NCBI RefSeq assembly: GCF_036289405.1
Contig: NZ_JAYFFI010000003.1
Coordinates: 96,364-128,363 of the forward strand
Origin: Pseudoramibacter faecis
GTDB lineage: Bacteria > Bacillota > Clostridia > Eubacteriales > Eubacteriaceae
Length of the DNA: 32,000 nucleotides
Direction of reading: 5' to 3'
The stretch's first letter is position 1; each line of letters opens with the position of its first letter. Positions 8,610 through 18,068 of the stretch are shown here, piece after piece. Both the position numbers and the translations under genes were made by a program. Below the pieces are notes generated by a model. It was not told where the DNA came from. It saw only the letters and a list, made by a program, of their open reading frames with translations, and did not search any database.

Positions 8610-10952
8610 TTACTCATTGCCGCCTCCAAACACGCCCTCGCCGGGGCGCGTTGTCATCAGCTCATAGAGCTTTGTGGTTTTGGGAAAGCGGTTCACGAAA
8701 GGAACCAGGGAGCGCCCGTAGCGGATCAGGCCGCAGCCCGCCTCCGCGCCCGTGACATAGCTCATCTGCTCCTTCGAGATGTTCAGGAGGTTCGCCAGCT
8801 TCTCCCGGTCCCTGGCCGCCTGGTTGAACATGATAATAAACTCGGAATTTGAGAGCATGGTGCTGGCCTGCACGGAATCCAGCACGTACTCCACATTCTG
8901 GGTGATGGCGGTGGGGTGCGCCCCGCGTTCCCTAAACTGCCTCCAGGCGGAGGTAAAGAAGGTCACTCCCTGCTCGGTGTCAAAGACGATGTGGTACTCA
9001 TCGATAAAGACATGGGTGCGTTTGCCCTTCTGCCAGTTGAGGGTCACGCGGTTCAACATCGTGTCCGTGATCACCAGAAGGCCGGCGGGCTTTAGCTGCT
9101 CGCCCAGGTCGTGGATGTTGAACACCACTACGCGCTTATCCAGATCCACGTTGCTGCCGTGCCCAAAGATATTGAGCGACCCGGTCGTATAGAGCTCCAG
9201 CGCCAGGGCGATCTCTTTTGCCTCCTTTTCCGGCTGGACCAGGAGCTTCTCCCTAAGGGTGGTGAGCGTCGGGACGAGGCCGGTCTCCCTGCCCTCCCGG
9301 TAGATCTGCGCCGTACAGCGGTCGATGATGCTCCAGTGCTGGGGGCTCACCCCCTTTTTGTCGATCTGCTCCACCAGCGACATGACGAACTGAGACTTTT
9401 CAATGACGGAGTTGACCTCTCCATAGCCCTCCACCATGTACATGGCATTGAGCCGGTCCCTGCCACCCGCCATCATGTGCACGACCGTACCCATGTCTTC
9501 TCCCATGGCCTCCACCAGCGGGGCAAACTCCCCCTCCGGATCACAGATCAGGATATCATCCTCGGTGTTCAGCATGAGAAAGGTGATCTGCTCCTTGGCG
9601 CTGAAGGACTTGTCGGAGCCGGGAACCCCCAGGATAAAAGCCGACTGGTTTAAGAGGTTCTCCCGGTTGCAGAGGATCAGGTTATGGCTGATGGCATTTT
9701 CTCCGAAGTAGATGCCGCCCCGGTCCTGGATCTCCTGAACCTTAAAGGGCATAAATACCGCAAGGCTCTCTGTTGTCAGCGTCCGGAACGCATTGATCCG
9801 CCTTGTGCCGATAGGCAGCACCGTGTTGAGGCCGTCGTACTGCTGATACTTCAGTACCGCCAGCTGGCACATATGTTTTCTGGCAATGGCAAGCACCGTC
9901 TCCGTATCGGTTTCCAGCTGTTCTTTCGTGTCCGCCGTCAGCACCAGTGTCAGGATCCCCAGCATCATCCGCTGATCGCGGGTGGTCAGGTCGTCTAAAA
10001 ACTCCTTGGCTTCCTTGCGCTGCAGTTCCATGTCATAGGGGACAACAGCAGAGAAGTTGTTATTGGCGTTTTGTCTCCGCTGCCAGTTCGTGATATTGGT
10101 CTCCACGCCCAGAAGTCGGTTTCCCACCTCCCGCACGGCTTCATCCGTGGGGATGGGCACGATGTCAATGGAGAGCATCAGATTCCGGTTTAAGTCTGTG
10201 AGCTCTGTCACCATCTCATCCTTGATATAGGAGGCGTAGTCCTTCAGATACAGCACCCGACAGTATCGGTCGCCCAGCTTCAGAAAGTCCTTGCCCTTCT
10301 CGATCCCGTCCGGGCAGATATAGTCCCGAAAGTCATGCCCCTTTTTCATCATGTCGTGTGCATCGAAATGGAAATCCACTTCCTCACCTGTACGGTAGAA
10401 GTCATGCAGGATGCGCAGGCGCTCCGTGGCATTAAGCTCCGTGCAGGCTGCGCCGAGACCCGTAAAGTGGGAGGCAAGATCTGCACCCACACGGGCAAAG
10501 TAAGCCCTTGCCTCCTCCACATCCTTTTTGCTCACGGAGATGGTGACGTACTTCTCCTGAATCAGGCCGTTGGCCCCAGTGGCCTTGTCCAGCAGCATCC
10601 CGTTGTACTCCCTGCGGTAGACGTCCCTTGCGTCTTCCCGCAGGGGCATGAGGACGGACTGCTCAAAGCTGCGTTTGTTCAGCGCCCGGTTGTTGATGGT
10701 GATCTTGGTGGTTGCTCCGGCATCCAGACTGTTTAAGAGCTCCGAATAGGAAAGGAACATGATTTCCTTATCCTCACGGCTCGCCACCAGATAGTTGATG
10801 TCGCTAAAGCGGTAGGTCTTGGAATACTTGCTGCCAATGAGAAAGATACCGTCATTCCAGATGCGGCGGATCGGGATCACATCCCGGATCTTTCGTGGCA
10901 CCTTGTATTTTTCCTTATCCTGCCTGAGCAGGTTCATCAGTGTTTTGATCAT
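8610..10952 (-). CDS. VirB4-like conjugal transfer ATPase (CD1110 type) with an atypical Walker A
   Basis: 780 aa. Walker B THVFIDEYHIV. The Walker A region reads ILGVPGSDKSF, with D447 (GAC, 9614-9612) where the P-loop glycine is expected. Start overlaps the PrgI gene stop. Confidence 0.9.
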   Translation of the reverse strand: MIKTLMNLLRQDKEKYKVPRKIRDVIPIRRIWNDGIFLIGSKYSKTYRFSDINYLVASREDKEIMFLSYSELLNSLDAGATTKITINNRALNKRSFEQSVLMPLREDARDVYRREYNGMLLDKATGANGLIQEKYVTISVSKKDVEEARAYFARVGADLASHFTGLGAACTELNATERLRILHDFYRTGEEVDFHFDAHDMMKKGHDFRDYICPDGIEKGKDFLKLGDRYCRVLYLKDYASYIKDEMVTELTDLNRNLMLSIDIVPIPTDEAVREVGNRLLGVETNITNWQRRQNANNNFSAVVPYDMELQRKEAKEFLDDLTTRDQRMMLGILTLVLTADTKEQLETDTETVLAIARKHMCQLAVLKYQQYDGLNTVLPIGTRRINAFRTLTTESLAVFMPFKVQEIQDRGGIYFGENAISHNLILCNRENLLNQSAFILGVPGSDKSFSAKEQITFLMLNTEDDILICDPEGEFAPLVEAMGEDMGTVVHMMAGGRDRLNAMYMVEGYGEVNSVIEKSQFVMSLVEQIDKKGVSPQHWSIIDRCTAQIYREGRETGLVPTLTTLREKLLVQPEKEAKEIALALELYTTGSLNIFGHGSNVDLDKRVVVFNIHDLGEQLKPAGLLVITDTMLNRVTLNWQKGKRTHVFIDEYHIVFDTEQGVTFFTSAWRQFRERGAHPTAITQNVEYVLDSVQASTMLSNSEFIIMFNQAARDREKLANLLNISKEQMSYVTGAEAGCGLIRYGRSLVPFVNRFPKTTKLYELMTTRPGEGVFGGGNE

Positions 10953-11311
10953 ACTGCTTGATCACCCTCCTTTTCTCTGGCGCTGATGGCGTCTTTTAAG
11001 AGTTCGTAGTAAATGTTATTGGATTCAAAGTGGAGCGTTTTCGGCTCCAGAAGCTCTGAGCGTATCCAAACGATTAAAAACTGCTCCGCCGTCATGCCGT
11101 GGTAGTTTAAGAATCCCAGCAGGGCAAAGGGCACTGCGCCCAGAATGCACATCCAGCTGACCGTCTCCACCCCAAAGTGGGGACGGAGCAGAAAATACTG
11201 GCCCACGGCGACGCCAATGGCCAGAACAGAAAAAATGAACTGCCGCATGGACAGTCCGAAAAACATGGATTCCGTATAGCTGCGGATCTCCCGGTTGATT
11301 TTTACTTCCAC
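10949..11311 (-). CDS. PrgI family mobile element protein
   Basis: 120 aa with two TM helices, in the position immediately upstream of VirB4 that is typical of this ICE family. GTG start preceded by AAGGAGGTG. Confidence 0.65.
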   Translation of the reverse strand: MEVKINREIRSYTESMFFGLSMRQFIFSVLAIGVAVGQYFLLRPHFGVETVSWMCILGAVPFALLGFLNYHGMTAEQFLIVWIRSELLEPKTLHFESNNIYYELLKDAISAREKEGDQAV

Positions 11312-11324
11312 TGTGGCACCTCCT

Positions 11325-12161
11325 TTACAGGCCCATCATCTCGCGGACCACCCGGTCCGCCATCTTCACGCAGCCCACCAGGACCAGCATGTTGAAAACC
11401 AGCTCTCCCACATAGCTCCAGACCATTGTGACCGCCGCCGCGTCCGGATTGATACTGGGCGGGGAAGAGGCAAAGAGGGAGAAGATGACGCAGGCCAGCA
11501 CAATGACCGCGCCCTCCAGGCAGACGGCAATATAGCTTTTTAAGAAGCTCCTGCCCACGTTCTGCGTCGGCTCCCCGGCAAAGGTGGACAGCGGAATGGG
11601 CGCGATCGCCGTGTACAGGTACAGCTTGAAAAACCGCCCATAGACGGTCATGATCATAATAAAAGACAGCACCGTGATGAACAGGCCGCCGATCAGCGTC
11701 ACCGCCCATAAAGGGATAGATTCAAAAAAGCCGCACTTCTCCACAGCGGTCACGATCTCATCCGGCAGCACCGTGCTGTCCGCCGCCCCGATACCCGCCG
11801 CGTTCATAATGGCAGAGATCACACCCTGCACAATCTTAAAGAGCGCCATCATCAGCTCCAGCCCATAGGTCACAACGCCCTTTGCCAGAGCGAAACGAAT
11901 AAAAAGTTTTAACGCGGTCTCCGGGCGTTTGGTCTCGGCAAAGCTGCCGCAGGTGCGCATGACCCCGACCACAAAGAACAGCACCAAAAGCGCCAGACCA
12001 ACGGCCTGCAGTGCGCCGTGGATACTCACGATCACATTCCAGATAGCGCCGCCCTTAAAGTTCCCCGGCGACTGGGTGAGAAGCTGCCAGATCTCCGCCA
12101 GCTTTTCGTTCCAGGTGTTGAGTGCGTTTTGCAGGTTTTGCACAACCCAGTTATCAGACAT
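11325..12161 (-). CDS. VirB6/TrbL-like conjugal transfer membrane protein (CD1112 type)
   Basis: 278 aa polytopic membrane protein between Maff2 and PrgI. RBS AAGGAGG before ATG 12161. Confidence 0.7.
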   Translation of the reverse strand: MSDNWVVQNLQNALNTWNEKLAEIWQLLTQSPGNFKGGAIWNVIVSIHGALQAVGLALLVLFFVVGVMRTCGSFAETKRPETALKLFIRFALAKGVVTYGLELMMALFKIVQGVISAIMNAAGIGAADSTVLPDEIVTAVEKCGFFESIPLWAVTLIGGLFITVLSFIMIMTVYGRFFKLYLYTAIAPIPLSTFAGEPTQNVGRSFLKSYIAVCLEGAVIVLACVIFSLFASSPPSINPDAAAVTMVWSYVGELVFNMLVLVGCVKMADRVVREMMGL

Positions 12162-12227
12162 TCATTTGGCCTCCTTTCCGCAGAAAGGGGCGGAGCATCT
12201 TTCGCTACCCCGCCGCTCTGCTTATTT

Positions 12228-12590
12228 TCAACCGGTAATAAGATTCAGTATCTCCTTGGCAAAGGTAATGACAATGCCGCCGGCCAGGGTCAGAAACCCG
12301 TTGGAGCGCTGGGACGGATCGTGAGACTGAAACGAAAGCCCCACCTGCACGATGCCCCAGCCGAGCAGAATCAGCCCGACGGCCCGGATCAGCCCGAAAA
12401 TGAAATCAGACAGGTTGTTGACGACGGTGATCGGGTCGTTTGCGGCAAAGACGGGAAGGGGCGCAGCAAGAAACAGCGCCCCTGCAATTATCGCCGCACA
12501 GTAGATACGCCAGCTCTTCTTTCCTTTTTCTGTCAGGGACAGGCGGCTCTTATTGGGATTCTCATTACGGTTCTTCTGAAACAGTTTCAT
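12228..12590 (-). CDS. Maff2 family mobile element protein
   Basis: 120 aa. Signal/TM segment, then the ...PVFAANDPI... motif and two further TM helices. Conserved position just after the coupling protein gene. GGAGG RBS. Confidence 0.65.
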   Translation of the reverse strand: MKLFQKNRNENPNKSRLSLTEKGKKSWRIYCAAIIAGALFLAAPLPVFAANDPITVVNNLSDFIFGLIRAVGLILLGWGIVQVGLSFQSHDPSQRSNGFLTLAGGIVITFAKEILNLITG

Positions 12591-14394
12591 TTGTGTTTTC
12601 CTCCTGTGATAAAAAGATCAATTCCAGCCCCTCATCGGAGAGAAGCTCGTACACGGTTTCAGCATCCTTGCCCGGATCAGTCAGCTCAGTGCCAGCAGGA
12701 GCAAAAGAAATGGTGGCGACAGCGTTCTCCGTGCCGCCGTGGACATAGGGTTTCGCTTTCCCGTCTGCGGTCAGTGCCACGTTCGGGTGCTTCAAGATGT
12801 CATACTTCTCATCCAGGATGGGCCTTTCCCCACGGATAAAGAGGATGGCTTTGCTGTTATCCAGCATCCGCACCTCTGCGGCGTCCAAAAGCTTGCGCCC
12901 GGTGATCTGGTAGTTGGTGGAATAGCTGCCGCTCCGCCCGGTGCTTTTTCCATAGGTGTTTGTATCGATGGTTGCCTTCCCCAAAAGCTCCGCCACATAC
13001 TTGTGTGTGGACTGCTCGTTGCCGCCGAGGTAGAGAAACTCGTCCGCATTTCCCACAATGGATTCCCACTGCTTTTCAAAGAGCGCCTTTAACTGCGCCA
13101 GGTTTTGCAGAATGATACTCACGGATACCTCGCGGGAGCGCATGACGGAGAGGATCTTGTCAAAGTCGTCCGGCAGGCTTACGTTGACAAACTCATCCAT
13201 AAGGAAGTGGACGTGTACCGGCAGCCGCCCGCCATACTTGTGGTCGGCCAGGGTAAAAAGCTGCTGGAAAAGCTGGGTATAAAGAAGCGACACCAGGAAG
13301 TTAAAGCTGGTGTCGTTGTCCGGGATCAGCGCAAAGAGCGCCACCTTTTTCTCGCCCAGGGAGGGCAGGTCCAGCTCATCGGTGGCGGTCAGCCCCGCCA
13401 GGCTCTCCAGGTTGAACTTCTCCAGCCTTGCCGCGAGGGTGATCTGGATGGATTTCAGCGTTTTGGCGCTGCCGGAATGGTAGTCCTTGTAATACTTCAC
13501 CGCGATGTGGTCCGGCGTCCGCATCTCCAGCCGCTCAAACAGCTCGTCCAGCGGCGACTGGTAGGAATCATCGTCCTCCCGCACGTCCCCGGCCCGGAGC
13601 ATCTCCATGACCACCGGGAAGTTCTGCTCGTCGGGTGGGGCCTCATAGTGCAGGTAGAACACCAGCGCCAAAAGCAGCATGGAAGCCGCCGTGTCCCAGA
13701 ACGGGTCCTGGCTCTGGCTGCCCTTCGGGGTCGTGGATTTGAACAGGTTGGTCACAAGCCGCTGCACGTCGTTGTCGTCCCGCAGGTACACAAAGGGGTT
13801 GTAGCAGTGGCTGCAGCTCATATCCAGCAGGTCCAGGATGCGGACCTCATACCCTTTCTGTTCGAGTAAATAGCCGGTGTCGCGGGCCAGCTCGCCTTTC
13901 GGGTCAAGGATCACAAACGACGTGTTCGCCTGGCAGATATTCGGTTTGGCGTAAAAGCGGGTCTTGCCCGCGCCGCTCCCGCCCACGACCATGGTGTTCA
14001 GGTTCCTCCGGTGCCGTCTCCCGTCAAGCCCGATCTGCACATGCTGGGTCAACACCTTGTTTTTCTCCGGCTCCTTTGCCTGGTATTTTTTGTTCACGGC
14101 CCTGGCGTCGCCCCACTTTGCCGAGCCGTGTTCCTCACCCCTGCGGTAATTGCGCCGGGAGGAGAGGTAGACGCCGATCCCCAGCCCGTAAATAAGCAAA
14201 AAAATGAGGACAGTTTTCAGGCTGTCCTCACAGAGCTCGATCTGGGCCGGGTTGTCCATGGCCTCCGTAAACCGGGCAAGGATGGCGGGGAGGCCGCCGG
14301 AGGCGGCCGGGGCCACCACAAGCCCCAGCCAGATGACCGGCAGCGCCCCGCAAAGGCAAAGGGCCAGGCCGGCACGCCTACCTTGCCTCATCAC
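12565..14394 (-). CDS. VirD4/TraG-like type IV secretion coupling protein
   Basis: 609 aa with N-terminal TM helices. Walker A VVGGSGAGKTR, Walker B VHFLMDEFVN. Start is GTG 14394 or ATG 14391. Confidence 0.9.
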   Translation of the reverse strand: MMRQGRRAGLALCLCGALPVIWLGLVVAPAASGGLPAILARFTEAMDNPAQIELCEDSLKTVLIFLLIYGLGIGVYLSSRRNYRRGEEHGSAKWGDARAVNKKYQAKEPEKNKVLTQHVQIGLDGRRHRRNLNTMVVGGSGAGKTRFYAKPNICQANTSFVILDPKGELARDTGYLLEQKGYEVRILDLLDMSCSHCYNPFVYLRDDNDVQRLVTNLFKSTTPKGSQSQDPFWDTAASMLLLALVFYLHYEAPPDEQNFPVVMEMLRAGDVREDDDSYQSPLDELFERLEMRTPDHIAVKYYKDYHSGSAKTLKSIQITLAARLEKFNLESLAGLTATDELDLPSLGEKKVALFALIPDNDTSFNFLVSLLYTQLFQQLFTLADHKYGGRLPVHVHFLMDEFVNVSLPDDFDKILSVMRSREVSVSIILQNLAQLKALFEKQWESIVGNADEFLYLGGNEQSTHKYVAELLGKATIDTNTYGKSTGRSGSYSTNYQITGRKLLDAAEVRMLDNSKAILFIRGERPILDEKYDILKHPNVALTADGKAKPYVHGGTENAVATISFAPAGTELTDPGKDAETVYELLSDEGLELIFLSQEENTNETVSEEP

Positions 14395-14566
14395 GGCTCC
14401 TGACCTTTCTGACCGGCGCGTCGATGGCCTTTAAGAGCACCTCGTCGATGAGGTCCGTGGGGCGGTCCTCACCGATCATGTCGTTGCGGAAATCGTTGAG
14501 CGCGTTGATGACCACGCCGCACTCATAGTGGTCCAGCTCCAGTACGTGTTTTTCTTCCCTTGCCAT
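14378..14566 (-). CDS. Small conserved-position hypothetical protein (62 aa)
   Basis: ATG 14566 lies 8 nt after AAGGAG; the ORF-track start at 14572 is a GTG two codons upstream. Overlaps the coupling-protein start. I recognise no family. Confidence 0.45.
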   Translation of the reverse strand: MAREEKHVLELDHYECGVVINALNDFRNDMIGEDRPTDLIDEVLLKAIDAPVRKVRSRDEAR

Positions 14567-14568
14567 AC

Positions 14569-15462
14569 TCACCGCTCCTTATCCTTATTCTTCGGGGCCT
14601 TGTCCTTTTCCAGCTCCCGGTGCATCCTGCCGGTGATCTCCTTTGCCGTATCGCAGATGGCGGAGAGCTCCGCACGGATGTCTTTCGGGTCCGCCTCCTG
14701 GAACCGCTCCGGCATTTTTGTGAAATTGTAGCCGGACACGTCAACGCCGTACCGCCTGCATACCACATAGGAGGCGCTGTAGGCGGCAAAAGCCACGTCC
14801 TGCCGGTTGTAGTCCGGGGTGGTGTAGGCAAGTTCCGCGTGGGCCAGTTCTTTGGAGAGGCTGCGGAAGATGTCATGGGCCTCCATGCCGCGGCGGACGA
14901 AAATCACGTCCTGCGCGTGGTCATAGAGCTCGCCCATGCCGTCCGGCAGCTCGTCCACGCCCTGGATCTGCACCGGAGCCTTGTGGATCAGCGCCGAGAG
15001 GAGCTGGCGGTCGTCCCGGACTGGGTTCGGGCGCTGCCTGGGCTTTGCCGTGGTCTGGGAGATATCAAAGACGTGCTTGACGTTAAAGCCGGTGCCAATG
15101 CTTCCATCCTGACGCTCATAGCTGCTGCCGGGCTCCAGAATCTTGATATGGGTTTCCTCCTTGCGGATAGACGCTCCCATCCCTTTCCATGCGTCAAACT
15201 CTTTCAGCTGGGTCGCCATGGGCTTTTGTGCCAGCACCAGCAGAGTGTTGGTGGCGGTGTAATGGATCAGGCGGGCTTTTACATCCAGGAACGCCTTGTA
15301 GCGTTCCCCGTCCGTGCTGACCTCCCTTGTGGTTTCGTCCGCAAGGGCGTAGACCTCCTGGCGCTCCGCCTGCTTTTTCTCCGCCCAGGCGTCCTTGTCA
15401 AAGGGCTGGTCCGGGAACTCCGTGTTCCCGCCGTTTTCAAACAGATCATCAAAGTTATTCAT
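14569..15462 (-). CDS. ArdC-like ssDNA-binding domain protein (antirestriction-like)
   Basis: 297 aa. YTATNTLLVLAQKPMATQLKEFDAWKGMGASIRKEETHIKILEP matches my memory of the ArdC N-terminal domain pattern (N.LL...Q...AT....F..W...G..V.KGE.GI.I). Confidence 0.55.
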   Translation of the reverse strand: MNNFDDLFENGGNTEFPDQPFDKDAWAEKKQAERQEVYALADETTREVSTDGERYKAFLDVKARLIHYTATNTLLVLAQKPMATQLKEFDAWKGMGASIRKEETHIKILEPGSSYERQDGSIGTGFNVKHVFDISQTTAKPRQRPNPVRDDRQLLSALIHKAPVQIQGVDELPDGMGELYDHAQDVIFVRRGMEAHDIFRSLSKELAHAELAYTTPDYNRQDVAFAAYSASYVVCRRYGVDVSGYNFTKMPERFQEADPKDIRAELSAICDTAKEITGRMHRELEKDKAPKNKDKER

Positions 15463-15467
15463 GGAAT

Positions 15468-16268
15468 TTACCTCGCTTTCGTTTTACTCTTTTTCTTTCG
15501 CTGCGGCTGTTTGTGTTCAGTCACTTTCGGGCTGCTGCCCTTCGGGGACCGCTCCGGCTCTTTCCGTACCGTTTCCTCCTTCTTTTCCTGGCGGCCCGCC
15601 CTGATCTCCCGCAGTTCCCCGCGGACGGAGGGACGGTCCTCCGCCTTTTTAGAAGTACCCTCGGCGGTTCTTGGCGGCCTCTTTGAGGTAGGCGCGGACG
15701 GAGGGGATTTTTCCGTCCTCGCCGCGGAGGGGTTTGGGGATTCCCGTTCCTCCTTTCGGATGGGTTTTCCCATGATGTCGTCCACCATACGGTCCTCGGC
15801 GGCCTTCTCCGGTTTTGCCTGCTCCGGCGCTGCTGGGGTCTTGTCCTTGCGGGACTGCTCCACCTCGTGTTTGATGGAAGCGGCATCCACCGTCGCCATC
15901 TTGAACCGCTCCACGATCCGGTTGATCTTGGAGGCGTCCTCCGCCCGGCACATGATGTCCACCAGGCCGTCCGGGGCCTGCTCCTTGCCCCTTAAAGCGC
16001 AGTAGACCACGCCGTAGCGCTTGGCTTCTTTGGTAAACTGCTTTAAGTGCTCCTCCCCGACGGAGAACACCTTTAGCTCCTTGCCGGATTTCAGCATGGC
16101 AGTCAGCCGCTGGTGCCCGGCGGTCTTATTCTTATCCCTGTTCTTTAAGGTGGTATAGAGGGCGGCGGCAATGTTCTTGGCGGCTGTTCCGGTCAGCTTC
16201 AGAACCACTTCCGTGCCCTCAAGGCTGAGCCTTACGACCTGTTCAGCCGCGTCTCCTGATCCGTTCAT
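15468..16268 (-). CDS. PcfB family protein (DUF3801) with a long basic low-complexity tail
   Basis: N-terminus MNGSGDAAEQVVRLSLEGTEVVLKLTGTAAKNIAAAL...KELKVFSV...AKRYGVVYC is PcfB-like. The C-terminal roughly 130 aa are K/E/P/R-rich. Confidence 0.65.
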   Translation of the reverse strand: MNGSGDAAEQVVRLSLEGTEVVLKLTGTAAKNIAAALYTTLKNRDKNKTAGHQRLTAMLKSGKELKVFSVGEEHLKQFTKEAKRYGVVYCALRGKEQAPDGLVDIMCRAEDASKINRIVERFKMATVDAASIKHEVEQSRKDKTPAAPEQAKPEKAAEDRMVDDIMGKPIRKEERESPNPSAARTEKSPPSAPTSKRPPRTAEGTSKKAEDRPSVRGELREIRAGRQEKKEETVRKEPERSPKGSSPKVTEHKQPQRKKKSKTKAR

Positions 16269-17634
16269 CGCGTTTCGTCTCCTTTCCTCTGGATTTTTCT
16301 TCTTCCTCGATTGCCTGTAACTTCCCGCTCATGACGCCGGAGCGGACGGCAATGTCATCGCATAGGCGCACCTCCTTCCTGAGCCCTTTCAATTCTTCCG
16401 TAAGCGCGTCGATTCTTTCCCTGACCTCGGTGGGCGTTTCCTCATCCGATTTCACAGCGGCGGTGTGCTGTTTCTTGTAAAGGTCTTTCCGCTCTCCGGT
16501 CACGGCTTCGATCCGCGCTTCCAGCGTTTCTTTATAGGAAGAAAGCTGCCCGGCGGTATCAATCTGATGCCGCGCAAGCAGCCTTGCTTCTTCGGATATG
16601 GCGTCCATTTTCAATAAATCCTCCCAGAGCAGGAAATGGAGCCGCCTGTTCTGGCCTTTGGGCTTTTTCTCCGGGAATATGCCCAAAAGGTAGCAGTAGT
16701 GGTAATACAGGGCGCGGAACCCCGTGGCCTTTGGCCTCAGCGGGGAACTGGCTTTTTCCGTGTCCCTGCGGGCCGGACGGTCCTGCCGCAGGATCTGGTC
16801 CCGGATGCCCTCCGGGGAATATTTCTCCCCGAAGTTCCGGGCAAGGCGCACAAACCGCTCTTTGCCGGGCGGGCGGACGGAAATATCTCTGCCCGTCTTG
16901 ATCTCATAGCCTTTCTTTTTGAGGGCGTCATAAAACTGCCGCTCGGTCATGGACTGCCGGATGACCTCATCCACGTCAGACCGGACCAGCCCGCGCCAGG
17001 TGGGGCGCTGCTCCTGCTCGGCCCGCCATTCGCCGTAGTGTTTGGATTTCCCCGGCTTCGGGTTCTCGATCACGGACAGGCCGTATTCCCGGCATAATTC
17101 ATCGGAGGCCCGGCGCATGTCGTAATAGTCCTTTTCCGTGCGGTGAAACTTGATCCCGTCCACAAAGGAGACCGTGTTGATCACGAAATGGCTGTGCAGG
17201 TGGTTTTCCTTATCCAGATGGGTGGCGACCAGGACCTGATACTTATTTCCCCAAAGCTGTCTTGCCAGCCTGACCGCGATCTCGTGGGCGATCTCCGGCG
17301 TGGCTTCGCCGGGAGCAAAGCTCTGGTAGCCGTGGTAGGCTGCCGTACCGCTTTCCTTGCCGAAGCGTTTCTTTACCGCCAGCATTTCTTCACGAGCTGT
17401 GGCGGGCAGACAGTTGACACCGGAGACAAAGTTCTGAAGAAGAGTTCCATCCTCCATCTGCGTCTTTTCCTGATTGGCGGCATACGCGATCACATCCGAT
17501 AACCCCTGTATCTGCGCGTCCTCCATGTCGGGCTTTTCATAAAAGGCGGGATTTTCCGTCTTGTCCGGGTTCTCGACATAGATCACCACCTTACCGAGCC
17601 AGCCATTGACCCGCCAAAGAGAGATGGTTGCCAC
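16243..17634 (-). CDS. Relaxase/mobilization nuclease (MobA/VirD2-like, histidine-triad type)
   Basis: His-triad motif THLDKENHLHSHFVINTV and N-terminal VATISLWRVNGWLGKVVIYVENPDKT. I place the start at GTG 17634 (GAGGTG 4 nt upstream) rather than the track's ATG 17712, because homologues as I remember them begin MA(T/V).K(L/M)W. Confidence 0.85.
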   Translation of the reverse strand: MATISLWRVNGWLGKVVIYVENPDKTENPAFYEKPDMEDAQIQGLSDVIAYAANQEKTQMEDGTLLQNFVSGVNCLPATAREEMLAVKKRFGKESGTAAYHGYQSFAPGEATPEIAHEIAVRLARQLWGNKYQVLVATHLDKENHLHSHFVINTVSFVDGIKFHRTEKDYYDMRRASDELCREYGLSVIENPKPGKSKHYGEWRAEQEQRPTWRGLVRSDVDEVIRQSMTERQFYDALKKKGYEIKTGRDISVRPPGKERFVRLARNFGEKYSPEGIRDQILRQDRPARRDTEKASSPLRPKATGFRALYYHYCYLLGIFPEKKPKGQNRRLHFLLWEDLLKMDAISEEARLLARHQIDTAGQLSSYKETLEARIEAVTGERKDLYKKQHTAAVKSDEETPTEVRERIDALTEELKGLRKEVRLCDDIAVRSGVMSGKLQAIEEEEKSRGKETKRDERIRRRG

Positions 17635-18068
17635 GTCACACCTCGCTTTGCTTTTCGCTTCCGCCATGAATGGCGGAATGCTTGCCGCTGCGCGGGTGTT
17701 CCTTTTCCCCACGAAGCGGGCTTCGCGGGGGCCCCCGTGTTTTCCAGCGGCCCCGGCAGGATAACCGCATCCGTGATCCGTTTGACCGCCGCCTCTAGCC
17801 TGCGCGCTTCGGTGTCATACCGGCCCGCGTCGATCACGCCCAGGGCATGGGCTTTCTGCGCGATCTGGTTTAGGTTCCGCCCGATCCCGTAGAGCTCCCG
17901 CATCATGGAGTAGTAGTCCGGGGGCGGGGCCTCCTTTGGGGCAAAGCCCGCCACCAGATGCCGCAGGTACGCCTCACGGGTCAGGCCGCAGCGTTTCACG
18001 TTTTTATCCAGAGTCTCCGCTTCCTTTTTGTTTAAGCGGAACAGGATGGGGACATTTCGTTTTCTCAT
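17583..18068 (-). CDS. mobC: MobC family relaxosome accessory protein (unusually long 3' end)
   Basis: MRKRNVPILFRLNKKEAETLDKNVKRCGLTREAYLRHLV...IGRNLNQIAQKAH is the ribbon-helix-helix MobC pattern. The last roughly 50 aa are W/R/G-rich and overlap the relaxase start. Confidence 0.8.
   Translation of the reverse strand: MRKRNVPILFRLNKKEAETLDKNVKRCGLTREAYLRHLVAGFAPKEAPPPDYYSMMRELYGIGRNLNQIAQKAHALGVIDAGRYDTEARRLEAAVKRITDAVILPGPLENTGAPAKPASWGKGTPAQRQAFRHSWRKRKAKRGVTWQPSLFGGSMAGSVRW

Noticed and set aside
12162-12227. Possible terminator between the Maff2 and VirB6-like genes
   Set aside because: Only a 4 + 3 bp interrupted stem (GGGG..AGC/GCT..CCCC) can be drawn. Not convincing.
14800-14870. 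Degenerate metalloprotease motif (SKELAHAEL instead of HE..H) in the ArdC-like protein as another inactivating change
   Set aside because: I cannot align this region confidently from memory. Many ArdC-like ICE proteins may lack the protease motif altogether, so no claim is made.
14560-16005. 481-aa plus-strand ORF, the longest unannotated ORF in the track
   Set aside because: It lies antisense to the well-supported ArdC-like and PcfB genes in the GC-rich block. Its translation is low-complexity (R/G/L/P/A-rich) with no RBS or family resemblance. Long antisense frames are expected at this composition. The same reasoning applies to 12018-12839, 13105-13869, 6754-7482, 17936-18670 and the other plus-strand ORFs between 6.8 and 20.8 kb.
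17635-17712. Upstream ATG (17712) as the relaxase start, as in the ORF track
   Set aside because: The extra 26 residues (MGKRNTRAAASIPPFMAEAKSKARCD) lack an RBS and lie inside the MobC frame. GTG 17634 has GAGGTG upstream and gives the family-typical N-terminus.
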